In this document: positions 1 through 12,112 of the stretch, piece by piece
Position numbering within the stretch: position 1 is the stretch's first letter
Layout of the letters: each line of letters opens with the position of its first letter
Source: Hormiphora californensis
Taxonomy: Eukaryota; Animalia; Ctenophora
Direction of reading: 5' to 3'
Assembly: GCA_020137815.1 (NCBI GenBank)
Contig: CM035350.1
Coordinates: forward strand, 558,001-622,000
Length of the DNA: 64,000 bases
The notes under the pieces: model-generated
Database searches by the model: none
Told to the model about the DNA's origin: nothing
The model's input: only the letters and a program-made list of their open reading frames with translations
Translations under genes and position numbers: made by a program

Positions 1-339
1 TATGACCCAAAACGTGCCAAACAGTGCTGAAAAAGTACATTGGGTGATTTTAGGTCATAACTCGGTCAATTCTTGACCAAATAACACGAACTTGGATTCA
101 TTGGCAAGAGGACATTCAGGGCTTTCCAACGAGCTCAAATCTATGCGATTTGATCAAGAATTGACGGAGTTATAACCAAAAACGTTCAATTTGAGCCGCG
201 CAGGGGGTTCGTTTTAGTTTCGCTTACACTTTATTTCGCATATAAATTTCTAGACGACAAAAAGTCCTGAAAAAATGCTTAAAATTAATGATAAATCAAA
301 AAAATACGATAGAAGAAAAGTTTTAGGTATCTTGTCAAC

Positions 340-703
340 TTTTAACGGCGAGCCATGCAACGAGCTCAATTTTCCTACACGATGGGTTCATTACGCGATG
401 TGGTACAGCCCTTAACGAGCTCATCAACCATTTCCAAAAGGCGTGTGCAGCTTCGTGACCATTTTTAGCTCCTTTTCCAGCTGTTTTGAGATTGAGTTGA
501 TCAACGACAAAAACGGGTCCGTTATGGGCTTATTTGACCAACTAAGCTCTTCACGTACGTTCGTACAGCCGATTACGAGCGCCCTCGAGCACACGGCTCG
601 GGGACGGACTCGTTAAGGGATGCACCACATCGTGTAATGAACTCAGCGTGTAGGAAAAATGAGCTCGTTGCGCGGCTCAACATTCTCATAAAACGCCGTT
701 AAA
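340..703. mobile_element. Non-autonomous foldback/MITE-like element with ~80-bp imperfect terminal inverted repeats
   Basis: 340-420 (ttttaacggcgagccatgcaacgagctc...cccttaacgag) is the imperfect reverse complement of ~607-703. Confidence 0.5.
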
Positions 704-1430
704 AGGCCTAAAAACCCAAATTTTATTTAATTATTTTGAACACTACATCGTAACAAGCATGCTATTGGAGTCCCAAAAAACATAGGTACACGCCCCACAC
801 GCCCAATGTGAGCCCCTCAAGTTGGGGCCAGTTGGGGTCCCCTTGTAAATGCGCTTGTACTCCTTGAAATGCTAACAATATGATCCTCTCTGAAATTTGA
901 AGTTTGGGTAAAACGTAGCTTTGTGTTTCAGGTGAGTACCTACATAATCTTTCTTGTCTCTGTATTCTGGTAATTTTTCTCCTAGCTTTGATAAGCTTAA
1001 ATAATAATTGATGAGAAAGATTATGAAATCTAATAAAACACAAGGATAGTTTATATCCTAAATTTTATATTTGAGAGAGGATCATATTGTTAGCATTTCA
1101 AGAAGTACAAGCGCGTTTACAAGGGGACCCCAAATGGGCCCCAACTTGAGGGGCTCCCTCTGGGCTCACCTGAGGCCCGTGTGGCGTGTACCTATGTTTT
1201 TTGGGACTCCAATAGCATGCTTACTACTACTACTACTACTCAGAGTGCCTGGGCTTGCCTACGGCAAGCCCACAGGGACTATCGCAAAGCGATATCGCCG
1301 GCACTAGAGAAGAGTCCCCCCTTCCCCTCCCTTCGCATGGAACTACCATCTGGCAGGTTCACAATATAGCATGCTTGTTACGATGTAGTGTTCAAAAAAA
1401 TTAAATAAAATTTGGGTTTTTAGGCCCTTT
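700..1430. mobile_element. Foldback element with ~200-bp inverted arms; right arm interrupted by a short insertion
   Basis: 700-898 is the reverse complement of 1068-1222 joined to 1377-1430. Confidence 0.65.
1223..1365 (-). mobile_element. Short SINE-like or 5'-truncated retroposon with (TAG)n tail
   Basis: 11-bp TSD atagcatgctt at 1212-1222 and 1366-1376; (cta)n tract at the left end; internal hairpins gggcttgcc-tac-ggcaagccc and tatcgc-aaa-gcgata. Confidence 0.65.
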
Positions 1431-2704
1431 AACATGGTTTTGAAATTTTGGAGTTGGAACTCCAGACTTGCACGTGCAAGCTTCAAACACAAGTTATAAG
1501 CATGAGACCTTCACCAACTTGTTTGTTTGATCCAAGAAAGGTCCCATGCTTCTAAATTGTGTTTGAAGTTTGCACGTGCATGTACGTTCCTAGTTATCAA
1601 TGCATATTCATAGCATTTCAAACACAACATTGGGTCGTCTTTTCAACAAACTTTTAGTTGGATACCAAGGAATGTTACACACAATTTGTTTAGAAATTAT
1701 TTTAACTTTCGTTTTCGTGCACCTCTCACTTTAATCATACTATTATTAAAGCAAATAGGGAAATGATGTGTCCCGTTTTTTTAACCAAATATGGCAAAAA
1801 GTGTTCCTATTTCCTGGAAATGGCCTTTTGCACGTGTTGTCCCTAGAGGGACCCTGGCAACCTGCCAGCTTGAGCCTTAAACTGCACGTGCATCCTTGAT
1901 TCATCTCTCTGCCGTTTGTGTGATGGATCGTTTACTCGATTTGATCTGTTCACCACGATTCGTGAACATGACTACTCAACTTCAACACAATCGCCAGCGA
2001 GTTTGGAGGAGCCATATGTCGCAAACTGGCGCTGACCCCTATAGACTACGTGATAGAACCCTACAAAAGAGGTGATTATTATTCAAAAAATGTTGTCAAC
2101 ACACGTAATAACAAAGTATCAATGGCACTAATAAGAAATGACAGTAATACGTGAAAGTATTTTGCAAATGACAAATGTGCTCCTTCATAAAATACTTCAG
2201 GACTTGGCAAAAGAGGACCCGTGGTTTTTCTGTCGAAAGAATCCCTGTGGTAAATTTACTGATTTAAAAAATTTCAAATGATACTACACTATGTGCTTAG
2301 TTTACTGTATAACCATCCCCGACATTCGCCCGTAGGGCGAGCGGGCTTACTACATAGTACTGTTAACTTGAAATTGATAATTATGATGGAATTACCTGAT
2401 GTTGTTGTGAAAAGAGCCAGGATGTATTCACATAATTCTGTCATTCCTTACTTCTTCGATTTTAGCTAGATCAATATAAATCAGGTCATTTTGTCCACGA
2501 AAATATGGTAGGGGGCGATTAAAAAGGACATCTCTTGACAAGGGGGGGGGGGGGGGGGGAGGGGGTTGACGGAACTCGGACTGTCCCAGGTTTTGAAGAA
2601 ACCTACATACTAGATTTTCGGTCGCATTTCACGAATACAGATCGAGATAAAGTGTAGAGTGAGATGTTCAGATTTTTTTACTGGGAAGAACTATTTTAGG
2701 TGTA

Positions 2705-2875
2705 CAGTCGGACCCCGATTTAGGGCCCCCCGATTTAGTGGCACCCCGATTTAGGGACAGGATTTTTTCCCCCGATATAGGAAGTTAACCTTATTTGACC
2801 TCGATTTAGTGGACACCCCGATTTAGTGGACAAGAGCCTTTCCCCCGAGGGTGTCCCTAAATCGGGGTCCGACTG
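2705..2875. mobile_element. Tc1/mariner(pogo)-type MITE, copy 1
   Basis: TIR cagtcggaccccgatttaggg; TA at 2703-2704 and 2876-2877; internal ccccgattta repeats. Confidence 0.85.
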
Positions 2876-3040
2876 TACATACAAAGGCAAGGAATTTAAT
2901 ACACACATAAGAACCGTACACACTAGGGACCCCACACAGCTAAGGGGCCCTGAGAACCTGATAGAAGGCTAGTAAAAATTTTACTGTAAAAAAATTTTAC
3001 TGTAAAATACTGCAAAAGCCTCGTTACGGAAATTGAAGTA

Positions 3041-3211
3041 CAGTCGGACCCCGATTTAGGGCCCCCCGATTTAGTGGCACCCCGATTTAGGGACAGGATT
3101 TTTTTCCCCGATATAGGAAATTAACCTTATTTGACCCCGATTTAGTGGACACCCCGATTTAGTGGACAAGAGCCTTTCCCCCGAGGGTGTCCCTAAATCG
3201 GGGTCCGACTG
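3041..3211. mobile_element. Tc1/mariner(pogo)-type MITE, copy 2
   Basis: Near-identical to 2705-2875; TA at 3039-3040 and 3212-3213. Confidence 0.85.
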
Positions 3212-3659
3212 TACTAAAGAGAAGGGGTAGAAAATACCTAGCGGACTGGGCGGCTATCCCGAGGGTGGAGCAGCCTCATATCTCGGACTGTGAACATGAA
3301 CAGAGTGGGAATGGATAGGGGGAACACAGTGGGTAACGATGGGTGTTAGTTGTCCAGTAGAAAAAAACGCATCCAAAAATATTGAAATTTGGCTGAGTTA
3401 TGACTAAAATGAAATGCGCATACGGAAATGTTTTAGTTAAATCCATTTTAGCACTCAAAATTGTCAAATTTCAATGTGTTCTTCTGAAATTATAAAATAC
3501 TTTTCTCAAATCTCATAACAGCCAAATTCACCATGAGTGTGTCTTACAAGTGTTTTTTACTGCATGTGGATTTTACATGGTAAAAATACCATATTTTTAC
3601 TGACTAAAAGTAAAATTAGCGGTTCAGCGGCCTAATCATGATTTGATAAACGATACGCT

Positions 3660-4285
3660 ACGGACCTACCCTTAATTGGCCTACCCTCAATTCAGACCTA
3701 CCCTAAATTCAGACCTACCCAAACTTCAGAATCAATTGTTTGGTTGTCCATTGATATGAGTCTCATGATGATATAATTCTGTTGTAATGATTATAGGGAC
3801 AATTGAGACTCGTTGGATTTCAGGATCAATAATAACGGGAATTTTCGCTGTACAACAGCATCATCAGCTAAAATTGGAAAATTTATTAATAAATTACTGG
3901 AATTAGATAAAACTAAACTATAAAGCTACAAAACTAAAAACTAAAATCTCAAAACTGGTCATAAAATTGCAATAAATGCATCTACTACATAGTCACGTGA
4001 TTAGAGAGCAGGGAAAAACCTAACTCACTAGTGACCAGTTTTGAGATTTTAGTTTTTAGTTTTGTAGCTTTATAGTTTGTCTTTAAATTTTAGTTTAGTT
4101 TTATCTAATTCCAGTAATTTATTAATTAATAAATACATTTTCCAATTTTAGCTGATGATGCTGTTGTACAGCGAAAATTCCCGTAATTATTGATCCTGAA
4201 ATCCAACGAGTCTCAATTGTCCATATCATTACAACAGAATCCTAACTTCAGACCTACCCTAAATTCAGACCTACCCTAAATTCTG
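3660..4285. repeat. Foldback (arms ~3775-3960 and ~4030-4240) embedded in gacctaccctaaattca tandem repeats
   Basis: Reverse-complement arms and the tandem 17-mer are visible on both flanks. Confidence 0.6.
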
Positions 4286-4372
4286 TCGAAGTTCTACCGA
4301 CCTGCCCGACAAACGATCTGAGGTGAGCTTGTGGGTGGAACGGTCTGCGTAGGGATGATGACGACCGAAGGG

Positions 4373-5030
4373 CTACTGGTGAGAGACGTGCCTTATAATC
4401 TTGTAATCTTGTAAATGTCTTCGTACAGTTGCCTCCCTCTCCCTGGATACAGGGAGTATCCAGTCCAGAATTGAGTTGTTATTTTCTAATTTGTCTGGTA
4501 TATCCAGGAACCGGGGGTCTATCCGGCATCCTCTGCAACCATTCCCCAAGAAGTACTTTGAACGCAGTGAGGTTTTTGGCTGCGTTGACATCACTTGGGA
4601 GAGTGTTCCATAGTCGGGTCGCTCTGGAAGCGAAGGAGTTGTGGAATTTCGTGGCCACCGACGACTATGTGCTAGTGGGACACGTTGGCACCTCCGCTGA
4701 CCGCTCGTAGTCCGAGACGATCATTTTGGTAAAAGCGGATCCCGATATTGTTTGGTGCTTCACCGTTGTCCATTTTCTAGACCATGATGATGGAGTAGCG
4801 TTCTCGCCTTCGCTGAAGCGAGAGGATCCCTAGTTTCTTCAGGCGGTCCCAATGCTTAAATTGCACATATCCAGGATCCTCTTTGTGAATTTCCTTTGGA
4901 TTGTGTCAACTTGTTGGATATCGGAGATTTTGTGCGAGTCCCAAAGTGGACAGCAGTTAATGCGTACAAGGCTTTTGTAGATAGTAGAGTCGATAAGCAA
5001 AGCCTCCTCTGATTTCGATTGGTAACGCAA
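4373..5030 (-). mobile_element. Degenerate 3' fragment of CR1/L2-group LINE ORF2
   Basis: Broken frames read YKSLVR..CCPLW..KISDIQQVDTIQRKFTKRI...RRRERYSIIMV...RFLDIPD, similar to 56677-57417. Confidence 0.8.
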
Positions 5031-6682
5031 TAACCCCTACATTGCGGGCACGCTAAAACGTGCCTTACTATCGCAATGCCTTAGATGTAGGGGTAACAGA
5101 ATCGGTTTCATATTTTTCAAAAATTAATACCGCCTCAACCATAAAACATATTCGGCTGAATCCTTTTTCTACAGCCATGAAGTTGTCTCAAGAATTATGC
5201 AGTATGTTAATTTTGATATTATTTCATCATTAACACTGTTTTTGAATTTGAATTTCAATGAAGATCGCGGTTTTGAAATTTCATATTCGGTGAGATGGTG
5301 CTATGGGCTATACCTAGGACAATTGTGTTAAAATCAATTCAAATTAAGTTATAGTTTGGCCGTCAAAATTCGACAAAGTTGGCAAAATACAGCAGATTTG
5401 GAGGCTAAAATCTTAGACTAGTGACATATCATGTCCTGGCGTGCCATCGTGCCCTACATAAAGTATAGTAATTGTGGGGTGGGCGCCATGCCTGGACGTG
5501 TCAGCGATACTTTTTAAGGAATTTGGGTAGGCGGTTCTGTTACCCTTCTACAGAGTAGATGGGTAATTTCGTTACCGATGATTTCGATCAAACTTCTCCC
5601 ATGCTAAAATATGGTTATGGGGGTACAAATACCGCTTATTTTGAGTCCGGAAAACTTTTGGTTCGTTAATTATCGCTAATTGAAAAACGCCAAAATGGCC
5701 TAAAATTGCCCTTAACATGGTTTTGAAATTTTGGAGTTGGAACTCCAGACTTCGTAGAGATGTCCGCTAGGATGCCAAAATACACCAACAGTGGGTTCAG
5801 GCCCAAATTCGTCCGAATTTTTGCGTAAGACCGGATGGACTGAATTTTGGTCAGGACAACTCGTATTATGCCGTCTTTAAACTGGTCCCCATCATTATCT
5901 TGGTCGCAGTACTCTAGAAGCTTATCCCAACTTTGAATTGTCTGAATGTTTCCGACTCAATCTTCTGGATAGATTCTATCTCCATTGGATTGTATGTCAG
6001 GGTGCACTACTCTATGATCCGATATCGTGCTTTCTGTAGTTTCAACACGGGCAAATAGTTGGCTTTGGATCACGTGATCATGTGATTACGGCGGTGAGTG
6101 ATTGTTGAGAATTCTCAACTTGTTGGGTGTATGAATAATTAAGTCCTTTCCACGAATATTTCCGGGAAGAACTTTGACGTTTCGTTGAGTGCACTCAACT
6201 AGAAAAAGAAAATAAAGAAGAGATCTTGTTGATCTTAGCCAGAGAGACAAATAGCCAGAGAGACAAATAGCAACAAATCAAAGGTGAAGATAGCGTAATC
6301 GAGAGAGAGAGAGAGAGAGAGTATCTGAGTAAAGTAAGCAAGTCGAGCCTCGAGGGTAAAGTTTTGAAACTGTGGAAATTTTTTTTTCGGTTGGCAACCC
6401 CGGGCGGAGGGCGCCGTTACAATCTGGGTGTTTGGTGGCTTGTTTACAGGTGCGTGCTCCCAAAAAAGTTGATTCACTAAGATGGCTCCAACCGCCAAAC
6501 CACTCAACTGTTTTGGCTAATTCAAAGTTTATCTGGTAGGAAATGTCAACTGTCAAGGCCAAACCTCAGCCCTAACCCTAACCCCATTTTAGCCCTAACC
6601 CTAAAAAAGTTTGTCAGTACTCACAAATCACCCAGATTTTAACGCTCGCCGGCAAGCCCGGGATAAGGCAGCGCTTTTCAAT

Positions 6683-7054
6683 AAAAAAGGCACAGAAAAT
6701 GGAAACGATAAATCAGTTCATCCTCGGATCCTCATACTAAGTTCTTCTCGTTCCTCTGTTCCTCAGGTCACCAGTTCATTATTTGTTAGACTTGTGATTG
6801 TAATCTTTCTCCGATTTCCTCTTAAGGCAATAAGGCATGATCTCAGGAGGGAGAATCGTAGCCTCGTCCTCAGGTGAGCCATAACTTCACTGTAGTCTGT
6901 ACGGTTCTCCGGTTCTTGTGAGAGAGTCTTTAGCACCTTTTGGAACTTATTGGCTATCCCACCTGCTGCTTCATAACCAGCGGAGGGAAGGCACCCCGGA
7001 CCCCCTTCAACTTCTCGTACACGTTTTCCGTACGACTGCTTCTTGCTAGCCTCG
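6683..7054 (-). mobile_element. 5'-truncated CRE-clade (restriction-like endonuclease) non-LTR retrotransposon fragment
   Basis: Minus strand reads EASKKQSYGKRVREVEGG..PPLVM..GG..DYSEVMAHLRTRLRFSLLRSCLIALRGNR, which resembles the CRE C-terminus; candidate 7-bp TSD tttcaat at 6676-6682 and 7055-7061. Confidence 0.7.
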
Positions 7055-7789
7055 TTTCAATTTTTTCGGGTAAATTTTTTTTGAAAGTTTGAAATTTTTA
7101 ATTTGAGTTTTTTGTTGCGAAAAAAACCCCCGGCCTAAAACTGTGACGCGCGCGGCGCGGCGGTAATTGCGAGTAATACTATGCGTAATGGCGCCTTACG
7201 TCGAATCGCAAATGTCGTCATGGTGATTACGTCATAGTGAACGATAATATAATAGTTCAAGAGCGTACCCCATACAAGAGAGACCAAAATCAAGAGCGCA
7301 CCACATCTGATATGAGGGTTGGTTAGGGGAAACTCTAACTGAATGAACGCGCAGTAATGCACGGCGTGCCCGAGGGTAGTTTAACATTTGATTGAGTGAA
7401 CACCTCCAATTCCGGTTGTAACTGGTCGGGAAGACCTCCCTGAAGGTCGTGGTGGTGCGGGAAAAATCATGTAGACCCGCTGCGGCTTCAGAAAATTGAG
7501 AAAAAGATAGCTATCTTTTTTTTCACTTTGAAAATAAGACTTTTTTATAAAAAAGATCCTTGATCAGTAAGATACGGTTGTCCCCCACCTATTTTTTGAC
7601 GTAGAATAAACGTTTACCAAACCCACTTTAGCACTACTAACTAACCTACTAAGTTTAAGATTGGCTCTTGCATAATCCAGAAGCCCTCTAAAGTGGGTTT
7701 GGTAAACATTCATTTGCCACAATTGCTACATTGTGGCTATTTCCACCTACTTCAGAGGCGGTACTCACGGGGTTCTCCATTTTCTAAAA

Positions 7790-8070
7790 AGCGCAAGGAT
7801 TACGCAAGGATTACGCAAGGAAAACGCAAGGTATACGCAAGGATTACGCAAAGAATACGCAAGGAATACGCAAGGAATACGCTATGGTTCCGCACAGAAT
7901 ACGCAAGGGATACGCAGGGATTACGCAAGTAATACGCAAGTAATACGCAAGGAACACACAAGGGTTACGCAGGGATTACGCAAGAATTACGCAAAGAACA
8001 CGCAAGAAATAAGCAGAAAATACGCAAGGGATACGCAATTTGCGTATCCCTTTCGTATCCTTTGCGTAAA
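7790..8070. repeat. 11-bp tandem repeat (tacgcaaggat-like) with a short inverted tail
   Basis: About 20 degenerate copies; they generate the spurious ORFs at 7693 and 7733. Confidence 0.85.
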
Positions 8071-8205
8071 ACCCACTACTGGCTTCCAAACCACCTCGCC
8101 TCTCTCATACCTTTTGCAATTTTCCTCAAATCTCTCCCTTTCACGTTTGTTAATTTTTGTTGTACCCCTCTTGCACATAGTAAATATATATACATGAGTG
8201 TAATT

Positions 8206-10207
8206 TCCCTCTCCCTCTCCCTCTCCCTCTCCCTCTCCCTCTCCCTCTCCCTCTCCCTCTCCCTCTCCCTCTCCCTCTCCTCTCCCTCTCCCTCTCCTCC
8301 CTCTCCCTCTCCTCTCCTCTCCCTCTCCCTCTCCCTCGTCCCTCTCCCTCTCGTCCCTCTCCTCTTACCTCCCTCTCGCCTCTCTCTCCATCTCCCTCTC
8401 CCTCTCCTCTCCTCTCCCTCTCCCTCATCCCTCTCCTCGTCCCTCTCCCTCTCCGTCTCCTCTGCCCTCTCCTCCTCTCCCTCTCCCTCTCCCTCTCCCT
8501 CTCCCTCTCCTCTCCCTCTCTCCTCTCCCTCTCACTCTCTCCCTCTCCCTCGTCCCTCTCCCTCTCCCTCTCCCTCGTCCCCTCGTCCCTCTCCGCTCTC
8601 CTCCCTCTCCCTCTCCCTCTCCCTCTCCCTCTCCCTCTCCCTCTCCCTCTCCCTCTCCCTCTCCCCTCTCCCCTCTCCCTCTCCCTCTCCCTCTCCCTCT
8701 CCCTCTCCCTCTCCCTCTCCCTCTCCCTCTCCCTCTCCCTCTCCCTCTCCCTCTCCCTCTATCTATCTATCTATCCATCCCGGACTCTCTACCGCTTTAG
8801 TCTAGTTGGATACGTGATACGAATCACTATCATTAGGGGAGGGTGATTCGGTATATCTACCGCTTTAGTCTAATTGGATACGTGATACGTGATACGAATC
8901 ACTATCATTAGGGGAGGGTGATTCGGTCTATCTACCGCTTTAGTTTAGTTGGATACGTGATACGAAGCACTATTAGGGGAGGATGCAGTGGGATCTTTCA
9001 TCACATGTTATTGCGTCTCATGTAGCTTGTCACGTCTCGGGTTACGGGCAAGCTGGGTAGGACCGATTAACGGATTATATCACACCGTACTACGTCTCAT
9101 GTAGCTTGTCACGTCTCGGGTCACGGGTTACGGGCAAGCTGGGTAGGACCGATTAACGCGGGTTTCACATCCCGTTCCTGAACAATCCATCCCTGCTCTA
9201 CCTCCAAATGATAAATCAACAATGACAGTCCGTCACGGAATACCCAAGTCTAGAGTTCTACTGGACATCTGCAACCTCTGTGGAGAAGGAAGGCACCAGA
9301 TCCAGGCCTGTCCTCGGAAAGATGCAACACCCATGACCATTTTGAGAAGATTCGATATATAAATCAGAGGCGGGAGAGTTACTGCACTGTCATTGTTGAT
9401 TTATCATTTGGAGGTAGAGCAGGGATGGATTGTTCAGGAACGGGATGTGAAACCCGCGTTACTCGGTCCTACCCAGCTTGCCCGTAAACCGTGACCCGAG
9501 ACGTGACAAGCTACATGAGACGTAGTACGGTGTGATATAATCCGTTAATCGGTCCTACCCAGCTTGCCCTTAACCCGAGACGTGACAAGCTACATGAGAC
9601 GCAATAACATGTGATGAAAGATCCCACTGCATCCTCCCCTAATAGTGTTTCGTATCACGTATCCAACTAAACTAAAGCGGTAGATAGACCGAATCACAGG
9701 GAGAGGGAGAGGGAGAGGGAGAGGGAGAGGGAGAGGGAGAGGGGGAGAGGGAGAGGGAGAGGGAGAGGGAGAGGGAGAGGGAGAGGGAGAGGGAGAGGGA
9801 GAGGGAGAGGGAGAGGGAGAGGGAGAGGGAGGAGGGAGAGGGAGAGGGGAGAGGGTAGAGGGAGAGGGAGAGGGAGAGGGAGAGGAGAGGGAGAGGGAGA
9901 GGGAGAGGGACGAGGAGAGGGAGAGGGAGAGGGAGAGGGAGAGGAGAGGAGAGGGAGAGGGAGAGGGAGAGGGAGAGGAGAGGGAGAGGGTAGAGGGAGA
10001 GGGAGAGAGAGAGGGAGATGGAGAGGGAGAGGGAGGGAGATAGAGAGGGAGATAGAGGGGGAGATGGAGAGGGAGAGGGAGAGGGAGAGGGAGAGGGAGA
10101 GGGAGAGGGAGAGGGAGAGGGAGAGGGAGAGGGAGAGGGAGAGGGAGAGGGAGAGGGAGAGGGAGAGGGAGAGGGAGAGGGAGAGGGAGAGGGAGAGGGA
10201 GAGGGAG
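8206..10207. repeat. Inverted duplication: (CCCTCT)n + arm + spacer + inverted arm + (AGAGGG)n; arm homologous to the Merlin interior
   Basis: 8925-9230 is the reverse complement of 9386-9697; 8778-9356 matches 20105-20852. Confidence 0.85.
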
Positions 10208-10409
10208 AGTCGGACCCCGATTTACCGGGATGCTCGGGGGAAAGGGTTTTGCCCGGTAAATCGGGGTGCCTGGTATATCGGGGTGATATTCCATTAATTT
10301 CCTAAATCGGGGGAAGTTTTTCCTCCCGGTCAATCGGGGTTCCGGTAAATCGGGGCCCAGTAAATCGGGGTTCCGGTAAATCGGGGCCCGGTAAATCGGG
10401 GTCCGACTG
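10208..10409. mobile_element. pogo-type MITE related to 2705-2875
   Basis: agtcggaccccgattta ... taaatcggggtccgactg followed by TA. Confidence 0.75.
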
Positions 10410-10956
10410 TACCAGTTTGAACGCTTTTTTCACCACTAAACACCTAAAAACGTGATTTTCTCCATTTTTCCAGCATTTTCAAGATTTTACTTCAACGGCA
10501 TTCGATTCTACGTCAAAAAATAGGTGGGGGACAACCGTATCTTACTGATCAAGGATCTTTTTTATAAAAAAGTCTTATTTTCAAAGTGAAAAAAAAGAGT
10601 GAGGAAGTTTTGTTTTCTCCTTCCGGCTGGACAAATGAGTAGACGTAGATTTTATTGTAGAATAACGCTATCAATTTCGGCGCACAGCACCATCTTCAGG
10701 CTATAATATACGGAATACACATGTTAGAAAAACTGTACACATACCAATCGTAAAATAAAAATTACTGGAAAATTCTAAAGCTAAGCTAATTTAGTGAAAT
10801 AGTAAAAAGTTGAAAAACTACACGCGAGACTGGAAAAATTATAAAGCAAAAAGTAAAGACTAGGAAATAAACGGGGTTTAAATAGTAAAGAAATAAGATC
10901 AGATAGTGAAATAAGATAGGAATCACGCGACTGCAGACGGAATCACGCGACTGCAG

Positions 10957-11767
10957 ACGCGTTTCTACCGCAAGGAGGCTCGCAAGAATATCACACTGCA
11001 CGCGAACAGTCACCACCCTATTTCCACTAAAATCCAAACTGTGCGTAATTTCTACACCACAGCAAGGCTAAGTGCATCAGATTCGGAACAAGAGGAGGCA
11101 TCCCTGAGAATAGTGGACAACCTGCTGATTGCTAATGGGTACCAGAACCCTCGTCAGTTCGCACAACAACAGAGCTGTCGTTTGTACCAGGGTCAGAAGC
11201 AGCAGGTGGAGGACTGTGTTATTTTGAAACTGCCTTACATCTCTGAATCATTTTCATTATCGATCCAGAAGTTTATCTCTAGCCGCTCTCTTCCTATCAA
11301 AACAGTATTTACTCCAGGTACCAAGCTACGTAACATCTTCTGTAGCTCACGGCCCCTTGACAATGGAGCAGCTTACTGTGGGGGGAGATCATGTAAAATA
11401 TGTCCACGGCTAGAGGGGGAGAGGAACTGCCAGGTGACTGCTCCAGTATACCGGATTACCTGTAACATCTGTAAAGAGATCTACATCGGGGAAACGGGGA
11501 GAACAGCTAAAGACCGCTTTGGAGAACATCTCCGGTATGCCACCGCCCACCTCCCCTACGTTGAAATCTTACTCGGAGATGGCACTCGCAGTGCACTATA
11601 AACAGTTTCATAATAAGACAGTACCTGATTTGATTTTTGAGATTATTACAACAGAGTCACGTATCTTATATAGAAAGATTATAGAAGCATATTATATTAA
11701 CAGAGAGAAGCCTACTATTAATTTAAAAGAAGAGTTGACTGATCTATCTAGATTCCTTATTTCTTAA
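10957..11767 (+). pseudogene. Penelope RT-thumb plus GIY-YIG endonuclease ORF remnant (one frameshift near 11545)
   Basis: FYRKEARKNITLHANSHHP..K; LKLPYI; VYRITCNICKEIYIGETGRTAKDRFGEH; ALAVH; RKIIEAYYI..KPTIN. Confidence 0.9.
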
Positions 11768-12065
11768 TATTATCCGTTTTTAGTATTTTCTAACGGCCAT
11801 ATTGGTCATTGAGTATTTTTAGCTAGATATCTTTTTGAGCAGTCGCGTGATTCCTATCTTATTTCACTATCTGATCTTATTTCTTTACTATTTAAACCCC
11901 GTTTATTTCCTAGTCTTTACTTTTTGTTTTATAATTTTTCTAGTCCCGCGTGTAGTTTTTCAACTTTTTACTTTTTCACTAAATTAGCTTAGCTTTAGAA
12001 TTTTCCAGTAATTTTTATTTTACGATTGGTATGTGTACAGTTTTTCTAACATGTGTATTCCGTAT

Positions 12066-12112
12066 ATTATAGCCTGAAGATGGTGCTGTGCGCCGAAATT
12101 GATAGCGTTATT
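12066..12112 (+). ncRNA. Minimal hammerhead-ribozyme-like motif in the Penelope pLTR (mirror copy 10661-10707, minus strand)
   Basis: CTGAAGA (12074-12080), t, stem II ggtgc/tgt/gcgcc, GAAA, ttg, ATA; stem I is weak. Confidence 0.55.

Noticed and set aside
2318-2358. Helitron 3' end (GC hairpin followed by catag|t)
   Set aside because: Terminus is not canonical CTRR, and no 5' TC end or second copy was found
5880-6050. LINE endonuclease remnant (ISDHRVV) on the minus strand
   Set aside because: Single short motif; too weak to annotate
8062-10333. 247-aa Ser/Pro/Leu and Glu/Arg/Gly ORFs
   Set aside because: Translations of (CCCTCT)n and (AGAGGG)n
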